Part shown: in pieces, positions 11,764 to 24,970 of the stretch
How positions within the stretch are numbered: the stretch's first letter is position 1
Layout of the letters: the number at the start of each line of letters is the position of its first letter
Assembly: GCA_051362555.1 (NCBI GenBank)
Contig: CM120646.1
Span: forward strand, 11,408,001 to 11,472,000
Source of the DNA: Lingula anatina
Taxonomy: Eukaryota > Animalia > Brachiopoda
Length of the DNA: 64,000 nucleotides
Direction: 5' to 3'
The notes under the pieces: generated by a model
Databases searched by the model: none
What the model was told of the DNA's origin: nothing
The model's input: only the letters and a program-made list of their open reading frames with translations
Made by a program: the position numbers and the translations under genes

Positions 11764-14301
11764 TTATTTGCAATCAGGGCAGAGCCACTTTTCATCACTT
11801 GGAAACTTTTTCATTCTGAGGCATGAGAGATGGTACCATTCTACCTTGCAATTTTCGCCATCACAACCTATCCATCTACGCCGATCCTCTGTCCCATTGC
11901 ATCCCTCAACACAAAACTTGTTTACTGCATTATTGCTCTTGCCTTTGCCCTTTGTAACAGCTTTCAAGATTCTCCTCTTTGAGAAGTAGTCACTAACTAA
12001 CTCAGGCAGTATAACCCTTTCATGAAAGGCCCGACCTTTCTTAACAATGAATTCCCATAATTCAATATCCCTATATATTCGCTCGCAGGTAAATGTATGA
12101 GGTGTCCACACAAAAAAGTCACAGTATTTAGTATCAGTAATAAACATTTGTGTTTGGACCTGATAGTAGTAGCTGCTGTCCTTCTTTAATTTCCCACCAT
12201 CAAGCCAAGGTGCATCTATCTTGGTTGAATCTTTTAAGGAGTATGGGCATTTTATTTCTACCAGTCCAGTCCCACAACAGTCACAAGTGACAATCCCATC
12301 AGGACTTGCCCCAAACTCAACATAACTTGGGTTAATTACCAACCCACTGTCCCTCACACAGAATTTCTGGTGGTGATCACTGTTGCACTTGACATAATGC
12401 TTTCGTGCTATCCCCTCTTTTCTCCTACCCCAGTCAACAGCAGCATTTGTGAAAGATGCAGGATAGCATATGCCCTTAACAACACTAATTGCAGGCGAGT
12501 TTATGTCCGTGTGTGTAATACTGTAAATTTTAGATGCAGTTAGTCTACCAAGTCTATATTGTTGCCAAAATGGTGAATTAGATTGTCCCCTTGTATTAAC
12601 TTCCAGATATGCGGCTTCCTCTTTGCTAAAGGTGATGTCAATGTCACTAGTGTGTTTCCGTATTTCGCTGATATCTGAGCTCTCAAGATGACATTCCTTC
12701 CTTATAGTTGAAAAGTCAACAGGCCACTGACCCAACAGTGCTTTGGGCCTAAACTGGGTAGAAAAGCCAGGGGTTATTGACAAAATTGCAGATTTGCTAC
12801 TCCTTGCATTAAGGGCTCTGAAGAAGGAATCTCTTTCATTTTTTGTTGGGGATGGGATGGTTGTTGTGATATCTACGGCTGGAGTAGATGGGGTATCTTG
12901 GTGCAACCGTTTCTTGTTCGCTGACTGCAGGTTTATTTCTCGTATCCTTTTATAGGGTTGTTCAAGTTCTTGACTCACTGAGGGGTTTGCCCAGTACGCA
13001 GGGACATCAGTTACTGTTGTCTCTTTCTTTAACCTTGTCCACGTCTCCATGGCGAAGAGGAGGGCAGCAACATGACTGCAGGTTTCCCCAAGGCCTGCCA
13101 TGCATGTACAGTGGGCACAGTCAATCTCCCCATCTGCATTGACAATCACCCAAGGCTCCAAAAGCTTTTCACGAATTCGCATGGAATGGTGAACCTGCAA
13201 CAATGTATGAGAAATACATATTAATACATTATAAACATAATTATATGAAGAGAGAGAAACACCCGTATAGAAATAGTTTCTGTGGAATGAGGTTTCCATT
13301 TTAATTGCAAACTTTGCACATATACACCAAAGTTACTTGTGTTTTACTAGAATTTAATTTAGACAATGAATGCACATATTTGATACACTGAATAAATAGT
13401 TTTAGCTACCCTTAAGATAAATAGCAATGATACAAATAGACTATGGTCCAAATGTGGTAATGCCTTCATTAATTCTGTCTGTATCATAGCGTAAAGTACA
13501 GATAAAAGAAAAGCCATAAATATGGAAAGCCCACATGTAACAAGCATTTTGATATTGTTAATCTACAAAATTTATTTATAATAAGTATATTTAACATAAT
13601 ATACGGCAAAATATTTAATCTAAACAGCAAACATATTACAAATAAATTTCAATGTACAGCCCCTGCAGCATCTCTATCAGTACTGTCATAACAAACATGT
13701 AGACAACAATTTCAACAAGGTTATTTTTCTCAAATCATAGACCTTTAATCATGAAACATCCAAGTAACTAAATCAACATTTCTCCAGCATGGACCTTTTC
13801 TGGGCCAAAAGGTCACAGCTACGGTAATGCTTACTGTAGAGTTCACCATTTTGAAAATATAAAAAAATGGTCATCTATGTAGAATTGTGTGTCCCTTCGA
13901 CAGAGAAGTCAGGATAATATACATGTATCTGGTAAAATTCCTTTGATCATTCTTCTAAGATATTATTTTATTCAAATTGCACTTACCCTTGCTTTCATTA
14001 TGTGGAACCCGTTCGCGTCTTTGTGGAGTACATCTTTGACCCAACCATCTTGAAAGAGCTTGTAGGCTTCCAACGACTTATGACTTCTAAATTGCTCACG
14101 GGTATAAGCAGAGTGCTGATATATCAAAAAATGATATACATGTATGTCTGTTATATTCATGTCTGGCCATGTCTTCTTGTCCGTATCAAAGTCTTTCTTT
14201 GGTATGGCATAAGGGTCTGTGTCCACTTTCGCGATCTTCTCATCGTATCTCTTTCTGGCGTTTTCTGGCAGACTTTCTCTATAATCCATAGACTTGGCCA
14301 T
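11764..14301 (-). CDS. ISL2EU accessory protein: SWIM zinc finger + YqaJ (lambda-exonuclease-like) + PHD finger, 2 exons (14301-13987, 13194-11764), ~581 aa
   Basis: Phase-0 intron agg|gtaagt...ttgcag|gtt; SWIM CTCMAGLGETCSH; YqaJ motifs TRGQS..W..RLTAS, ASPDG, EIKCP, QVQTQM; PHD C..C..WIGCD..C..WYHLSC..WLCPDC; no stops. Confidence 0.9.
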
Positions 14302-14527
14302 AAGCACAACAACAACAACAACAAACAGATGTAACAAAAACAATAAAAACATAAATTTAACGGCAAATAATGAACTTTCTGTGAAGATTTGATGCAGGTC
14401 GATCGGCAGCACGTGTGAACAAAGAGGTAGATAATGGCGACTGAAGTTGGTGCGGGACTAGTGTGATGACGTCAAAGAATAGTACGGATTGAGTGAATGA
14501 AGCAAAACAATTCACTGGCTAAACAAA

Positions 14528-15043
14528 GGGACCGTTCACATGAAAAATCTATTTTCTAAAAATCTAAAAATCTATTGGCGGTATCTTATGATCACGGTCT
14601 GTGCGCTGCATACCCCACGGCGTAATTACTTTCAGCGCGAGCCAGTTACTTCGAAAGCTGTAATTAATTCTCGGCTTGGAGGAGATTCTGACACCTTGAC
14701 GCATGCGCAGTAGTATCTCTACTGTGGAGTTAAGCAGTTTAGTTCTCAAGCATACAGACGCGTAATATGGCCAGTGAAAGTGCTTGTTGTTGCACAAAAT
14801 CGACAAACACATTTTTTAAAGCAACTGCGACCGCCATTTACTTTCTAACTTCCTGCTGCGCATGCATCAAGGTATGAGAATCTCCTCCGAGTGCAGCTGA
14901 GAATTAATTACAGCTTTGGAAGTAGCTCGCTCGCGCTGCCAATAATTATGCCGCGGGGTATTCAGGGCACAGACCATGATCACAAGATACCGCCAATAGA
15001 TTTTTAGATTTTTAGAAAATATATTTTTCTTGTGAACGGTCCC
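14528..15043. mobile_element. Foldback MITE (PIF/Harbinger- or Zator-like)
   Basis: ~190-bp TIRs starting gggaccgttcaca / tgtgaacggtccc; 3-bp TSD aaa. Confidence 0.85.
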
Positions 15044-15276
15044 AAAGTTTTTTTTAATAAAGTTAAAATCGGTGGAATTATATAGAAATATTTCTTGACG
15101 AAATATAATATAATGATGTTGAACAATTAATAACCTCACAAAACACATTATATTGGACAAATTTCTAAGAAAATCTACATGCCATTTTACTAAGATTTAT
15201 TTTTTCTTTACACAAACAAACAGACACATTCACACACATTTAAATGGTCACGCACCAATTAAAACTTTGTTTCCAG

Positions 15277-15651
15277 CGTGTTGTTCTTCAGAGGCTTTGC
15301 AAGAAGACGCAAAAACTGTGTTTGTGCGAGAAAATGGCTCTGTAGAATTGAAATGGTTACTGTTTTTTGGTGAAAATGCAGGCAAGTCCTCGGTGAACGT
15401 CATGATCAAAAAGAGAGACGCTCTGCTTTGTCAGTGGGTAAAGGCACACTGGGAGGTAAACCAATGCGACCCAGGACTGAACTTAACAATTAGCCCAAAG
15501 GATGTGCGTGTGCCGGGCCCGACCAATATTACTGTCACATTTTCCTTCAAGAACAAGGGGCGTTCTGATGATGGGACCTACGAATGTCGATTTGTGATTG
15601 ATGAAAAATGGCACGAGATGCAAATGTACCCGAGATATTTAGTGACAACGG
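15277..15651 (+). CDS. IgSF gene A, V-type Ig exon
   Basis: ttccag| acceptor and g|gtgagt donor, both phase 1; V-frame motifs V.VRENGSVEL.W and DDGTYECRF. Confidence 0.85.
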
Positions 15652-16147
15652 GTGAGTTACTTGATTGTAAAATTGGTTGCATCTGCTAGTACCAGTATGC
15701 AATTCATATGGGGATTCTATATACATACTGTAAGGTAAAAAATATATAAAGAATATCTATTCTACACATCGTGGTCCATATATATAATTTCATAAGCAAT
15801 TAACCAGGATGTACCACATTTATTTAGTCATTGGGCATAACTGCTAAATTTTGTTAAATCTAATAATGTTTAAAATAGTAGAGATGTTATCAAACATTAG
15901 ATCGCCAAGTTTCAGAAAATTCTACACATCAGACAACAATCTGACACTTACAGCGATGAAAAGACCAGCTACATTGTGTATCAATGCTGTTATCTTTACT
16001 CGCAAGAATGAGATTGGTTTATACACCGAAACCTTTTAAGCCATTTAACCCGAAGGTTTGTTATTTTACATTATACGTTGGTAGCTCAAGTGCCTTTGCT
16101 TTTCAAACTTTGTTTTTTCAGCCTTAGGTGTTAATACCTAGGGCCCG

Positions 16148-16981
16148 CCCAGCAGGCATAGTTGCGTTGGATCAACGTTGAAAACAGGTTGATACGTTGA
16201 ATTGCCGTTGATCTACCTAAATTCAACGTAAAATCAACGTTGATCCAGCCACGTCGAAACACCATTATAATGTATTTTGGTCAATGACACAACCTTGCAG
16301 TTATGGATTGTAATTTAAAATATTAATTATTGAAAACCTGATACTTTGTTTATCAATACTGTAACTAAATTTATCAAAACAATAAGAAAGGGGTTTTAAA
16401 GTAAAAGTGACAGTTGTTGTGTCTTTAGTTAACTAGTGAATTTTCTTAGCTTGTTATTCAGAAATACATTCCAATAAACTGAATTCCTTGCAAGGTCAGT
16501 TAACACTAGGATGAATAAGTTGCTGTAAATGTGATGGAGTTACCCTGAGTGTCAGAGCAACGTAAAAGCTAACTAGCTTAAATATACCTTGTGATGGAGT
16601 CGCTTTTACTAGTATTTACCGGTATTGTTGATATGGGTTATATATGAAATCAAGATCGAGCTGGCAATGCCGGACGGAATCTAGAACCTAGGGTAGATGG
16701 AGTTAACAGTTCTTGGTAACCTGTTATAGATAGACAGGTTGAGCTTAAAGTCCATACATTTATACCCTACATATATTTAGCCATCAAACATGTCCTACTG
16801 CTAAACACATCCAGGCTAATTTCCCGCTGTGTGCGGTTGATATAACATTGTTTTCTGACGTTGATACATCGTTGTTATCTGAGGTTGACACATCTTTCAA
16901 ATCCAACGTTTATCCAGTGTCTTGTTAACGTTATGGTTCAACGTTGTTTCAACGTTGAAACAACATAATTTGCCCACTGGG
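16148..16981. mobile_element. Non-autonomous CACTA/EnSpm-type element
   Basis: Ends cccagcaggca / tgcccactggg, 2-bp TSD cg, subterminal caacgttg repeats. Confidence 0.8.
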
Positions 16982-17029
16982 CGGGGACAATGCACTTTAT
17001 TGAATTCACCCTTATCCACTTTTTCTCAG

Positions 17030-17329
17030 CAGAACCAAATGTGACTTTGAATGCAACCAAAAGCAACACACACAACACCAACTTCATCTGCCATGTGGGT
17101 GGTGGCCGCCCGAAACCTGTCGAAACGATCCTTTTAAAGAATGGAACCGAAATGTCTCGCTCCAGACTCATATGTCCAAAAGAAGCAGGCGGTACAGATG
17201 GTGATGAGGATTGCTTTTCTATCCATTCTGTTGAAAACATGGGTGGTCGATGCAAGTGTAGAGTGGAACATGCCGGTTACATTGTTGACAGTGCCGAAAT
17301 GAACATCCCCTTTACGACAGTAGATGAAC
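17030..17329 (+). CDS. IgSF gene A, C1/C2-type Ig exon
   Basis: ctcag| acceptor, c|gtgaga donor, phase 1; EPNVTL..FICHVGGGRPKP..KNG..CKCRVEH. Confidence 0.8.
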
Positions 17330-17516
17330 GTGAGAATGTGACTTTCTATAACATTAAAATCTCTCTCACACATTAATGCTGGTGATGTAAAACCAAATCT
17401 AAAATTAATGTTTATTTGAAATGCGTTTATTTTCAAAGGAAACTACTTTATTCCTAATTTTTGTATCAATTGAAATGTATTTATTTTTTTATCATTTTAA
17501 TCATCTTCAGCGACAG

Positions 17517-17693
17517 AAAATGAAAAGAGTGCTGCATGTCCTGGGATGAATGACTGTGAGTTTGCGGCCACTGTATTGGTATATGTTATAACAATACTAA
17601 CCTCAATTATCGTTTTCCTGGTAATATTTGTAGTGGTACTTGTTTACCTACAGGTACAAGTATGGCGAGGGGGAACACACATGAAAACATACG
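17517..17693 (+). CDS. IgSF gene A, stalk + transmembrane exon
   Basis: ENEKSAACPGMNDCEFAATVLVYVITILTSIIVFLVIFVVVLVYLQVQVWR..; g|gtaagt donor; homologous to 39600 and 53626. Confidence 0.8.
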
Positions 17694-17805
17694 GTAAGTG
17701 ACACTCATTTAAGTTTGACTCAATCACCTTACACTTTACTCATTAATTTAATAGTACTTAAAATATTACGTTCATTTTCTGTTTCAACGAAGATAATTAG
17801 TTGAG

Positions 17806-18042
17806 GATTAAAGGAGTTGACGCTGTGTATGCTTACAGGTAAAATGTCTGAATACTCGTTTTCTTTAAATCGATTATTTGATAGATCGAGGTGGGAATGT
17901 TACGCAAGTCGAAGAAGAAACAGAGCAGTGTTTTGCCCACTATGCACGTGACACTGGTTCAGTTGAGATCATTCCCTTAGCAATGGAAAACGAACCTTGC
18001 ATATCGGAAGTAGATGACGTAGAGAGAGAGACCTGTTCGTAA
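17806..18042 (+). CDS. IgSF gene A, candidate cytoplasmic exons (17806-17838 and 17885-18042)
   Basis: Phase-1 exons reading GLKELTLCMLT and DRGGNVTQVEEETEQCFAHYARDTGSVEIIPLAMENEPCISEVDDVERETCS*; the first aligns with ELKLCM of paralog B. Acceptors uncertain. Confidence 0.5.
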
Positions 18043-18099
18043 TCAAGCCTTATTCGGTCCAACCTTGAAATTGTAAGGGAGAACAAGCTGAGAACAAGC

Positions 18100-19132
18100 T
18101 AATCAGCAGGTGTGGCTGGAAAATGACATGGGCCTCAGTCGCCAATACAGAAATAGAATCAAATGTTTTGAGGAAAGAACACTATGAAGGAAAGATGAAA
18201 GACGCTTGTGATAACACATCAAGACAATGGTGGAACAAAACCTAGGTACTGACTGTAAATCTGGCCAATAGTGAATGCAATAGGGATATCAGAAGACTGG
18301 TAGAGAAAATCATTGTAATTCCAGAATCTGTGGTAAGTGTCTTCATTGCTTCAGAGTCGAATGTCAACGCGGCAACAGGCCTTCTACCTGGAAATTATAC
18401 CATCACCCTTGAAGATATATGGATAATGCCTTTTTGAACACTAGAATTAACAAATCATCAGAACCAGATGAGATCCCATATTGGATTTTACATGACTTCA
18501 CGCCATATCTTGCTCTTCCAATCTGAGCAATATTCAAGTCATTGCTCCCTACCCATGTGCACTGACCAAGTGCCAAGCTGCAAAAATTGAATCCGTCCAG
18601 AAAAAAGTTCTTAAAATATTTCATCCAAACATCTCGTACACCAAGCATTACAAAAATGATGAAACTGATCCCTTGCAAAGCAGGCGCAAAGGCTCATCCC
18701 TTAAAGTATTTACATGCATGTGCATAGAAGAGCATAAATTGAACCATTTATTACCAAGGGTTAAGAAAAATTTGCATTCTCTGAGACACTGTCAGAACCT
18801 CTATATCACAAAAGTTAGAACTGTTAGATCTGCAAAAACTTTTATCCACTGGGCCCTCAGAAATGTTAGTTTACAAACTCTAAACTATTATTTATTTAAA
18901 TAAGATTGGTAATATAAAATTTTAATAATTGAATTCTTTTTTTTTATTTAATGATTTTAAAGATACTGTTTGATTTGATATTTTAATGGTTTTTTGGCAT
19001 TTAACTATTTCAAAGAAGCAGTTTAGATTTGATATTTAAATCATTGAATTATCCTTATTGTCATATTGTTTTAGTATTTATCACTCTTTAAAAACTGACA
19101 TTCGAAATGCGGCTTTTAGTTGCAAGAATATA

Positions 19133-19188
<56 letters not shown>

Positions 19189-19196
19189 TTATTATT
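18100..19196 (+). mobile_element. Decayed, internally deleted LINE (CR1/L2-like) with (TTA)n tail
   Basis: Remnant NKSSEPDEIPYWILHDFTPYLALPI*AIF (pre-RT region), C-terminal HKLNHLLP..LR..RTVRSAKTFI, microsatellite tail ~19135-19196. Confidence 0.65.
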
Positions 19197-19789
19197 GTAA
19201 AATATGCCATGCAGAATAACTCTTCAGCTAAATGTTAATTCTTTCAAGTTGGTAATATTGTAATTGTAGCCTCTTTAAACACCAAAAATAAAGGCAAACA
19301 TCCATGTACATGTACTGGTGAAAGCATATTATAATTTATCTTACAATATTTTCTTCATATCGCGTAGCTTGCAACAGTATTTGTATATCATACCTTAATG
19401 CGGGTAATATTTTATTTAGGTCACACAAGAACCTTTATAACGCAGGAACAGTTATCGGCTCAATATGAGATAAAAACTCACATAAGATCCCATGCTCTGT
19501 CTCAAATATTGGAGGGTTTTGTTGTCGCATGGGTTAACAGTACCTTGGAAAATTGAACAAAGACAGTTTAGTAGTATCCGTGGCGATTGCACCATTCTTG
19601 CTTTGATTGAGGTCTTTGATATAATTACCAAGACAATTTACAGTTTGAATCCACACGCATTTAACATATATATTATAACCTAGACTGCCTCTGTCAGTAC
19701 GTAAGATTGCTTCTGGTAGACTACACTAAGATGATTAACATAAGTAATTCTTCCATACTATTTAAAAATAGCATTCTTTCAAAATGCAT

Positions 19790-20720
19790 TCTATCAAATG
19801 ACAGGCGTTTACCACCACCACCCCCAAAACATAGTGGCATTGGTTGGCCAGATACCCCGTTTGAAATACAGGTATAACCCACCCTCTATTTATCTCAACT
19901 ATGTAGACGACATTTTCGTGTAACTGAACGAGACTGATATCCAGGCTTTCACTGCTCACATCAACAGCATACATAAAAGTCACCCTGGAGCCTGAAACCA
20001 ACGGGAACCTTCCATTCTTGATTGTGTTTGCCAACCAGCAAGAAGATGGACCCGTCAAGACAGCAGTGTATAGGGAACCAAACAGATAATTAATTTAACT
20101 TTGTTCCAACCACCCCATCCAACAAGAGATCCGTCGCCCATATACCCCTGTAGTGCTGAACAGAGCCATACGACACTTGACAACCAGGGAAGACCAAGCT
20201 ATTGAACTGAGGCACAAATGCAAGGAGGTCAGAGCCAGCAACTCTGAACACTCACCATCCCTAGGTCTGATATTCACATCAACACAAACACAGGTTCCAA
20301 ACTCGCAGTTTGGAACTTGCTCGAATGCACCAGCGCCATGGTGTTAATTAATTCATGAAACCTGTAAATTTTGTTGAGGCAACAACAAATTGTAAAACTC
20401 AAAGACTCTACTCCAAGCGGGCGACAACCGTGCATGGTCTATAAGAGCTTATGTGATCAAAATCCATCACTCTTCTACAATTGGGAAACGAAGAGAACAC
20501 TTACAGCTTTGGACTCGTTTTAGCGAACATGTTAAAACTGATAATCTAACAGGCATTAAACAACATTTTAAGGCATGAAACTGAACTGCCAGACGTTAAA
20601 ACGCCAAGAGACTGCCAAAAATGAATGGTGGTATGAGAAGCAGTTTACAACAGAACCCAACGCCCCCCTTCCACTTAACCGCGTCCAGGACCTCCAACTC
20701 CAGCAGGTTAACGATATACA
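19790..20720 (+). mobile_element. Decayed Penelope-like retroelement (RT + GIY-YIG remnants)
   Basis: Fragments YVDDIF, GNLPFL, VYREPT, Y..ETKRTL..RFSEH, LNR, spread over several frames. Confidence 0.7.
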
Positions 20721-20964
20721 TGTAGTGTGATCAAGATCCATAGATGGTGGACCAAAAGGTGGTGTACTCCTCATGCCATTTAGTCTCAAAGTAACGATTA
20801 ACTCTGTTATATCATCCAATAATATATTTAAGTAAGATGAGGGTACTGCAATTATCAGTTTTGGTACTAAAATTTATTTATAGTCTTAAAAGTGGTCAAT
20901 GTAATAATTCGATTTAGTTGCTTTTATCACTATTTTTGTGCAAATGCAACCCTACTTCTACTTA

Positions 20965-21130
20965 CATTTATATTAGTTTATGGCATAAGGCTCTTTATGT
21001 GTATTGGTGATACCAACAAATCTAACAATGTATGCACGTTGCACTGACATTTATATTAGTTTATGGCATAAGGCTCTTTATGTGTATTGGTGATACCAAC
21101 AAATCTAACAATGTATGCACGTTGCACTGA
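20965..21130 (+). repeat. Perfect 2 x 83-bp tandem duplication
   Basis: catttatattag...gttgcactga at 20965-21047 and 21048-21130. Confidence 0.95.
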
Positions 21131-22053
21131 TATCCAGTTGATTCTTGCTTTCACCTCTATGTGAATATAAAAAATGTCAATTCATCTCCATCTTGGTCGC
21201 ATTCCATGAACAATATGTCTCTTTTAGAATGAAAAATCCCATCTAGCTACAGTTTCTTTACAGCATGTCCTTTGGGGAATCCTACACTTTATGTCAGTAT
21301 GAATCAAATGAGATTTTCAAATATTGATCAGTTTCATTGACTATGAAATGGAATCACTGGTAACACAATACAACATGCTTTACATTGCCCAAAGAAAGCT
21401 AGTATGTGTTCTGACACGCGAGATGAAATTAAAATGTGCATTTAAATCTCTGACTAGAACTACAATGTAAAAAAACACTATGAATACAGAATACAGAAGT
21501 ACAGCGAAGCTCTAGCTTCGTTATATACTTTCTGACGGAAGATATTTAGGCAATGTTTGCAACTTGAAATTAAACAGGAACATATGACGGCCAGGAGAAA
21601 ACGGAATTGCCTTAAAGGATATTGTACATGTCACATTTGCTAAATATCGATCTAAGAGACGGTTGCTTTAATAAACTCTACACAGATCACCTGAATTAAT
21701 AATCAGGTAATCCGTTTGTTAAGTTGGTGTTAATTTACCAATATTATCCATATAAATAAACAGCTAAAATACACATTTACAAAATGTTCTAGATAGCAAC
21801 CTTATAAGGTTCTAAAGAGAACAACCTGACCGCGCCCTGTAAAGTATGCGCTCCCTCGTATAGCTGCTAACTTAAATATCCATTAACTGATGTTAGAGAC
21901 ATTGCGTTAGTGGTGACTAACTTGTCGTCGACAACAGCCATTTTATCGAATTTGCTTAGTTGATATTGGAAACCTGCCGCCTTTGCACGACACTTAACGT
22001 TATCTTTCAAACCACGAACAAACTGGAGAGACCAATCTAATCACAGATACAAA

Positions 22054-22084
22054 ATGCTGATCTTGAGTTGCTGTTTAATTCTAG
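22054..22084 (+). CDS. IgSF gene B, leader exon (MLILSCCLIL)
   Basis: aaaATG context, hydrophobic codons, phase-1 donor g|gtgagt; joined to 30513 gives MLILSCCLILASHLAGA-LLDD. Confidence 0.75.
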
Positions 22085-23340
22085 GTGAGTTACGTCATTA
22101 AGGGATTCTGGTAGATATACAGTTTCACCAGCAGGGGCCGTATTTTCCAAAGGTAACAATTTTAATATGTTTACCTGTACTTGTATTGTAACGTGGCGCG
22201 TTAGATAGCGATTCACACAGGTACCGTATAGCTAAAAAAACACGACTATTGGTACGCGTATGATCGATAACTGATTTAATTCTCGTAAGATTACCATCCG
22301 CCCCCTTCCTTATGAATAGGTATTACTTTATTAATACAATGCAACCGTCGTGTAGCCGCATGTTAGAAGACAGTGTTTGATTACGCACAGCAGTAGGAGG
22401 CCGCTACCCCTTCCCAGCAAGGAGTCAACACAGCAGCGCGTAACCCGGGGTTAATTAGGGGTTATTAGCTGTCCACTTATGATCGGTATTGTTCGTCTTG
22501 ATTGCAGCACACTTCCTACTCACTATTGGTTCGACCGCCTCTTCTTTAAATGCTCTCTCAAACCTTTCCTCAGTCAGCCGAGAATGGAAACACGTTTATC
22601 TGCCGATAAACTACGTCGTTGATGTATTACTCGGCATCATTTTACAGTGGGTCATAAGGCTCTATCTATCATTTTTTTCGTCTCGCATTTTACCAGATTA
22701 AGCTGACGCTCGAAAACTAAATTTAATAATTTTCTCACGTGCACCGTATCCAGCTAATTTTACGACAATAACTACCACGGCACCTCCGCCATTTGCAATT
22801 GTAGACGAACCACGTGTTTCCAACTGATAGGCCAATACAATTATACCAGACCCATTGTACGAGAAAAGACCGTTTATATTTAATGAATTAAAAAACATTT
22901 GAGGATTGCGATTTTCTATTGATATACTATCGATGGTATCCCTGTATTAAATCATCCACTGCTACCCCCTCTTTTGTAGTGTAGCATGACTCGTATCACA
23001 AGATGGCCTTAGAAATGAAGTAAGACAGGCCTACACTCTGATAGTTTTTAGTCTATTATTAACCCTAATGTCGTTGCTTGTCATTCATTCTAGAACTCTC
23101 TGAGCCATCGCAAAATTATTTGCCAGGACATTTAAAGGCTACTTCTTAACGGATTTTTTTTTATTTGCGCTGAGTCCAAAATGTTCGAGGACGTCTCTGT
23201 CGTTATCGCCGTTTCTCGGACGCAGTCCCAGACAAAGGATCGGAAAGTTTCTAAATAAAAGAACTTATAAATGCTGCCACTAGCCATCCTTATTGTTCCT
23301 AAGTAAAGAGAGGCGATAATGATCTTTTCTTTCTTCTAGC

Positions 23341-23911
23341 TTAGTCTGTGACAGAATCTTATTTGCATAATAACTATCTGACTAGAGCACAACGACAGAC
23401 CTTTGCTTCACTACGCTGTGGAAGCGCACCCCTCAGAGTGGAAACCGGGCGTTATTCTAATACACCACTAAATGAGCGCATATGCGTTTATTGTTCTTGT
23501 AATGAAATAGAGAGTGAGAAACATTTTTTAATTAACTGTGAGCTCTATAAAGACATCAGAGAAGAGCTTTTTAACCTTGCAAATCAAATAGACGGAAATT
23601 TTAATGTTTTTAATAACTATGAAAAGTTTATATTTCTTATGCAAAACGAACAAATACAATTTTATACAGCAAAAAAAGCACATGCAATGATGTGGAAAAG
23701 AAGCAAAGTTAACAACAAAGAGAGAGTTTAAAGTTTTATTTATAATATCCTTTTTTACGTATTTTATTGATAAGTAACAATTTTAATGAACTTCTTTGAA
23801 TTATAAATGCAGTAGCACGGGTTTTAGTCTCTCATAACCCTTAGCAGGGTGGGTTTTATTTATTTAAAACGTGAGACGTTAATAAAATTATTATTATTAT
23901 TATTATTATTA
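23341..23911 (+). mobile_element. 5'-truncated LINE 3' end (RTE-X/L2-like C-terminal zinc-knuckle region)
   Basis: ORF LRCGSAPLRVETGRY..ERICVYC..ESEKHFLINC..Y..IR, then AATAAA and a (TTA)n tail. Confidence 0.85.
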
Positions 23912-23940
23912 CTAAAATGAACAAGGTTAGGCCTACAATG

Positions 23941-24970
23941 CAACCACCTATTATTACGACCATTAATGAGGTTCTTTGCTACACTCCCTTTCTTCATGAT
24001 CGCGAAACCAGTGGGGTGCTGTGTTTTAAATATATAAAAAAGGGCCTCGCGAGGTGAAGCTATAATAATGAAATAAAAAAATCCAATGAATAGGCCTATC
24101 TAATAAACCATGAAGCACGTAGTCTAGGCCTCTTCTTTGACCGACATCACATTTTTACATTCTTTGTTTTAATAAGAGGACGAACGTGGTCTAATTTGTC
24201 TTTTGGTGGTGTGTGATTTTGCTCGAAGTAGCGGAGTCAAGTAAATCGGTGATTTACCGTTGGTAAGAGTAGCGATCATCGCTCCTGCGTCCTCATAGAT
24301 TACTTTCTAATCACCCGTAATTAACGCAGTCAGGAATAAGCGCTCAAATAGGGGTTTTTGTATCAGGGAAAATTTTAGTATTAATCTTATGTTATTATGT
24401 ATCTGTATTATGTAATCATGTAACTCATTTTCCCAAGGCAACCACCAATTATGACGACCATTAATGAAGTTCTCTGCTACACTCTCTCCTCATGATCACT
24501 TGCTCGATCGTGAAACCCTGGAGGTGTTGTATATATATTTGGGGTAGTTTACTATAGCATGCTACACTCTCCTCATGATCAGCTGCTCGATCGTGAAATC
24601 TGGAGTGAAACCCATGGTTTATCTAACAATGGTTTAAATAAATAAAAAGGGTGTCACGGAGGTGAAGCTGCTTAACTCATAAGAATAACGAACGAAAAAA
24701 TACGATGAACATTTAATAAACCACGAAGCACGTATGTTTTGACTGTTATCGCCTTTTTTACATAAGATGTCTCAACAAGAAGGCAGATGTAGTCCAATTT
24801 GTCTTTTGTTGGTGATTCTGCTTCAGGTGGCTGAGATTAGTTGATCGGTGATGCACCGTTGGTAAGAGTAGCAATCATCACTCCTGCGTTCTAACGGATT
24901 ACTTTCCAACCCCCCATAATTAACGCAGCCAGGAATAGGCGCTGAAATAGGGGGTATTAAATCAGGAATT
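23941..24970 (+). repeat. Diverged ~450-500-bp direct duplication
   Basis: caaccacc..cgaccattaatga..tgctacactc and ccgttggtaagagtagc..taattaacgcag..aaataggggg..atcagg each occur twice. Confidence 0.75.

Larger units (their letters stand above)
5641..14487. mobile_element. ISL2EU (IS4EU; PIF/Harbinger-related) DNA transposon with two convergent genes
   Basis: Imperfect TIRs ccgttctattct..gacgt...cgccattatgtacctct / agaggtagataatggcg...acgtcaaagaatagtacgg; AT duplicated on both sides (5639-5640, 14488-14489; original site caATtg); THAP-DDE gene facing a SWIM-YqaJ-PHD gene. Confidence 0.9.

Noticed and set aside
11764-13299. YqaJ ORF as phage contamination or recent horizontal transfer
   Set aside because: It has a spliceosomal intron, SWIM and PHD fingers, and lies within ISL2EU TIRs, the known context for eukaryotic YqaJ.
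17885-18042. ITIM/ITAM in the cytoplasmic tails
   Set aside because: Gene A tyrosines (KTYG, AHYARD) do not fit YxxL/I/V consensus motifs in my splice model; predicted B and C tails have no Tyr.
22480-22900. Possible FLYWCH/MULE coding relic on the minus strand (VYNCKWRRCRG)
   Set aside because: Too fragmentary, with stops in all frames; no TIR or TSD identified.
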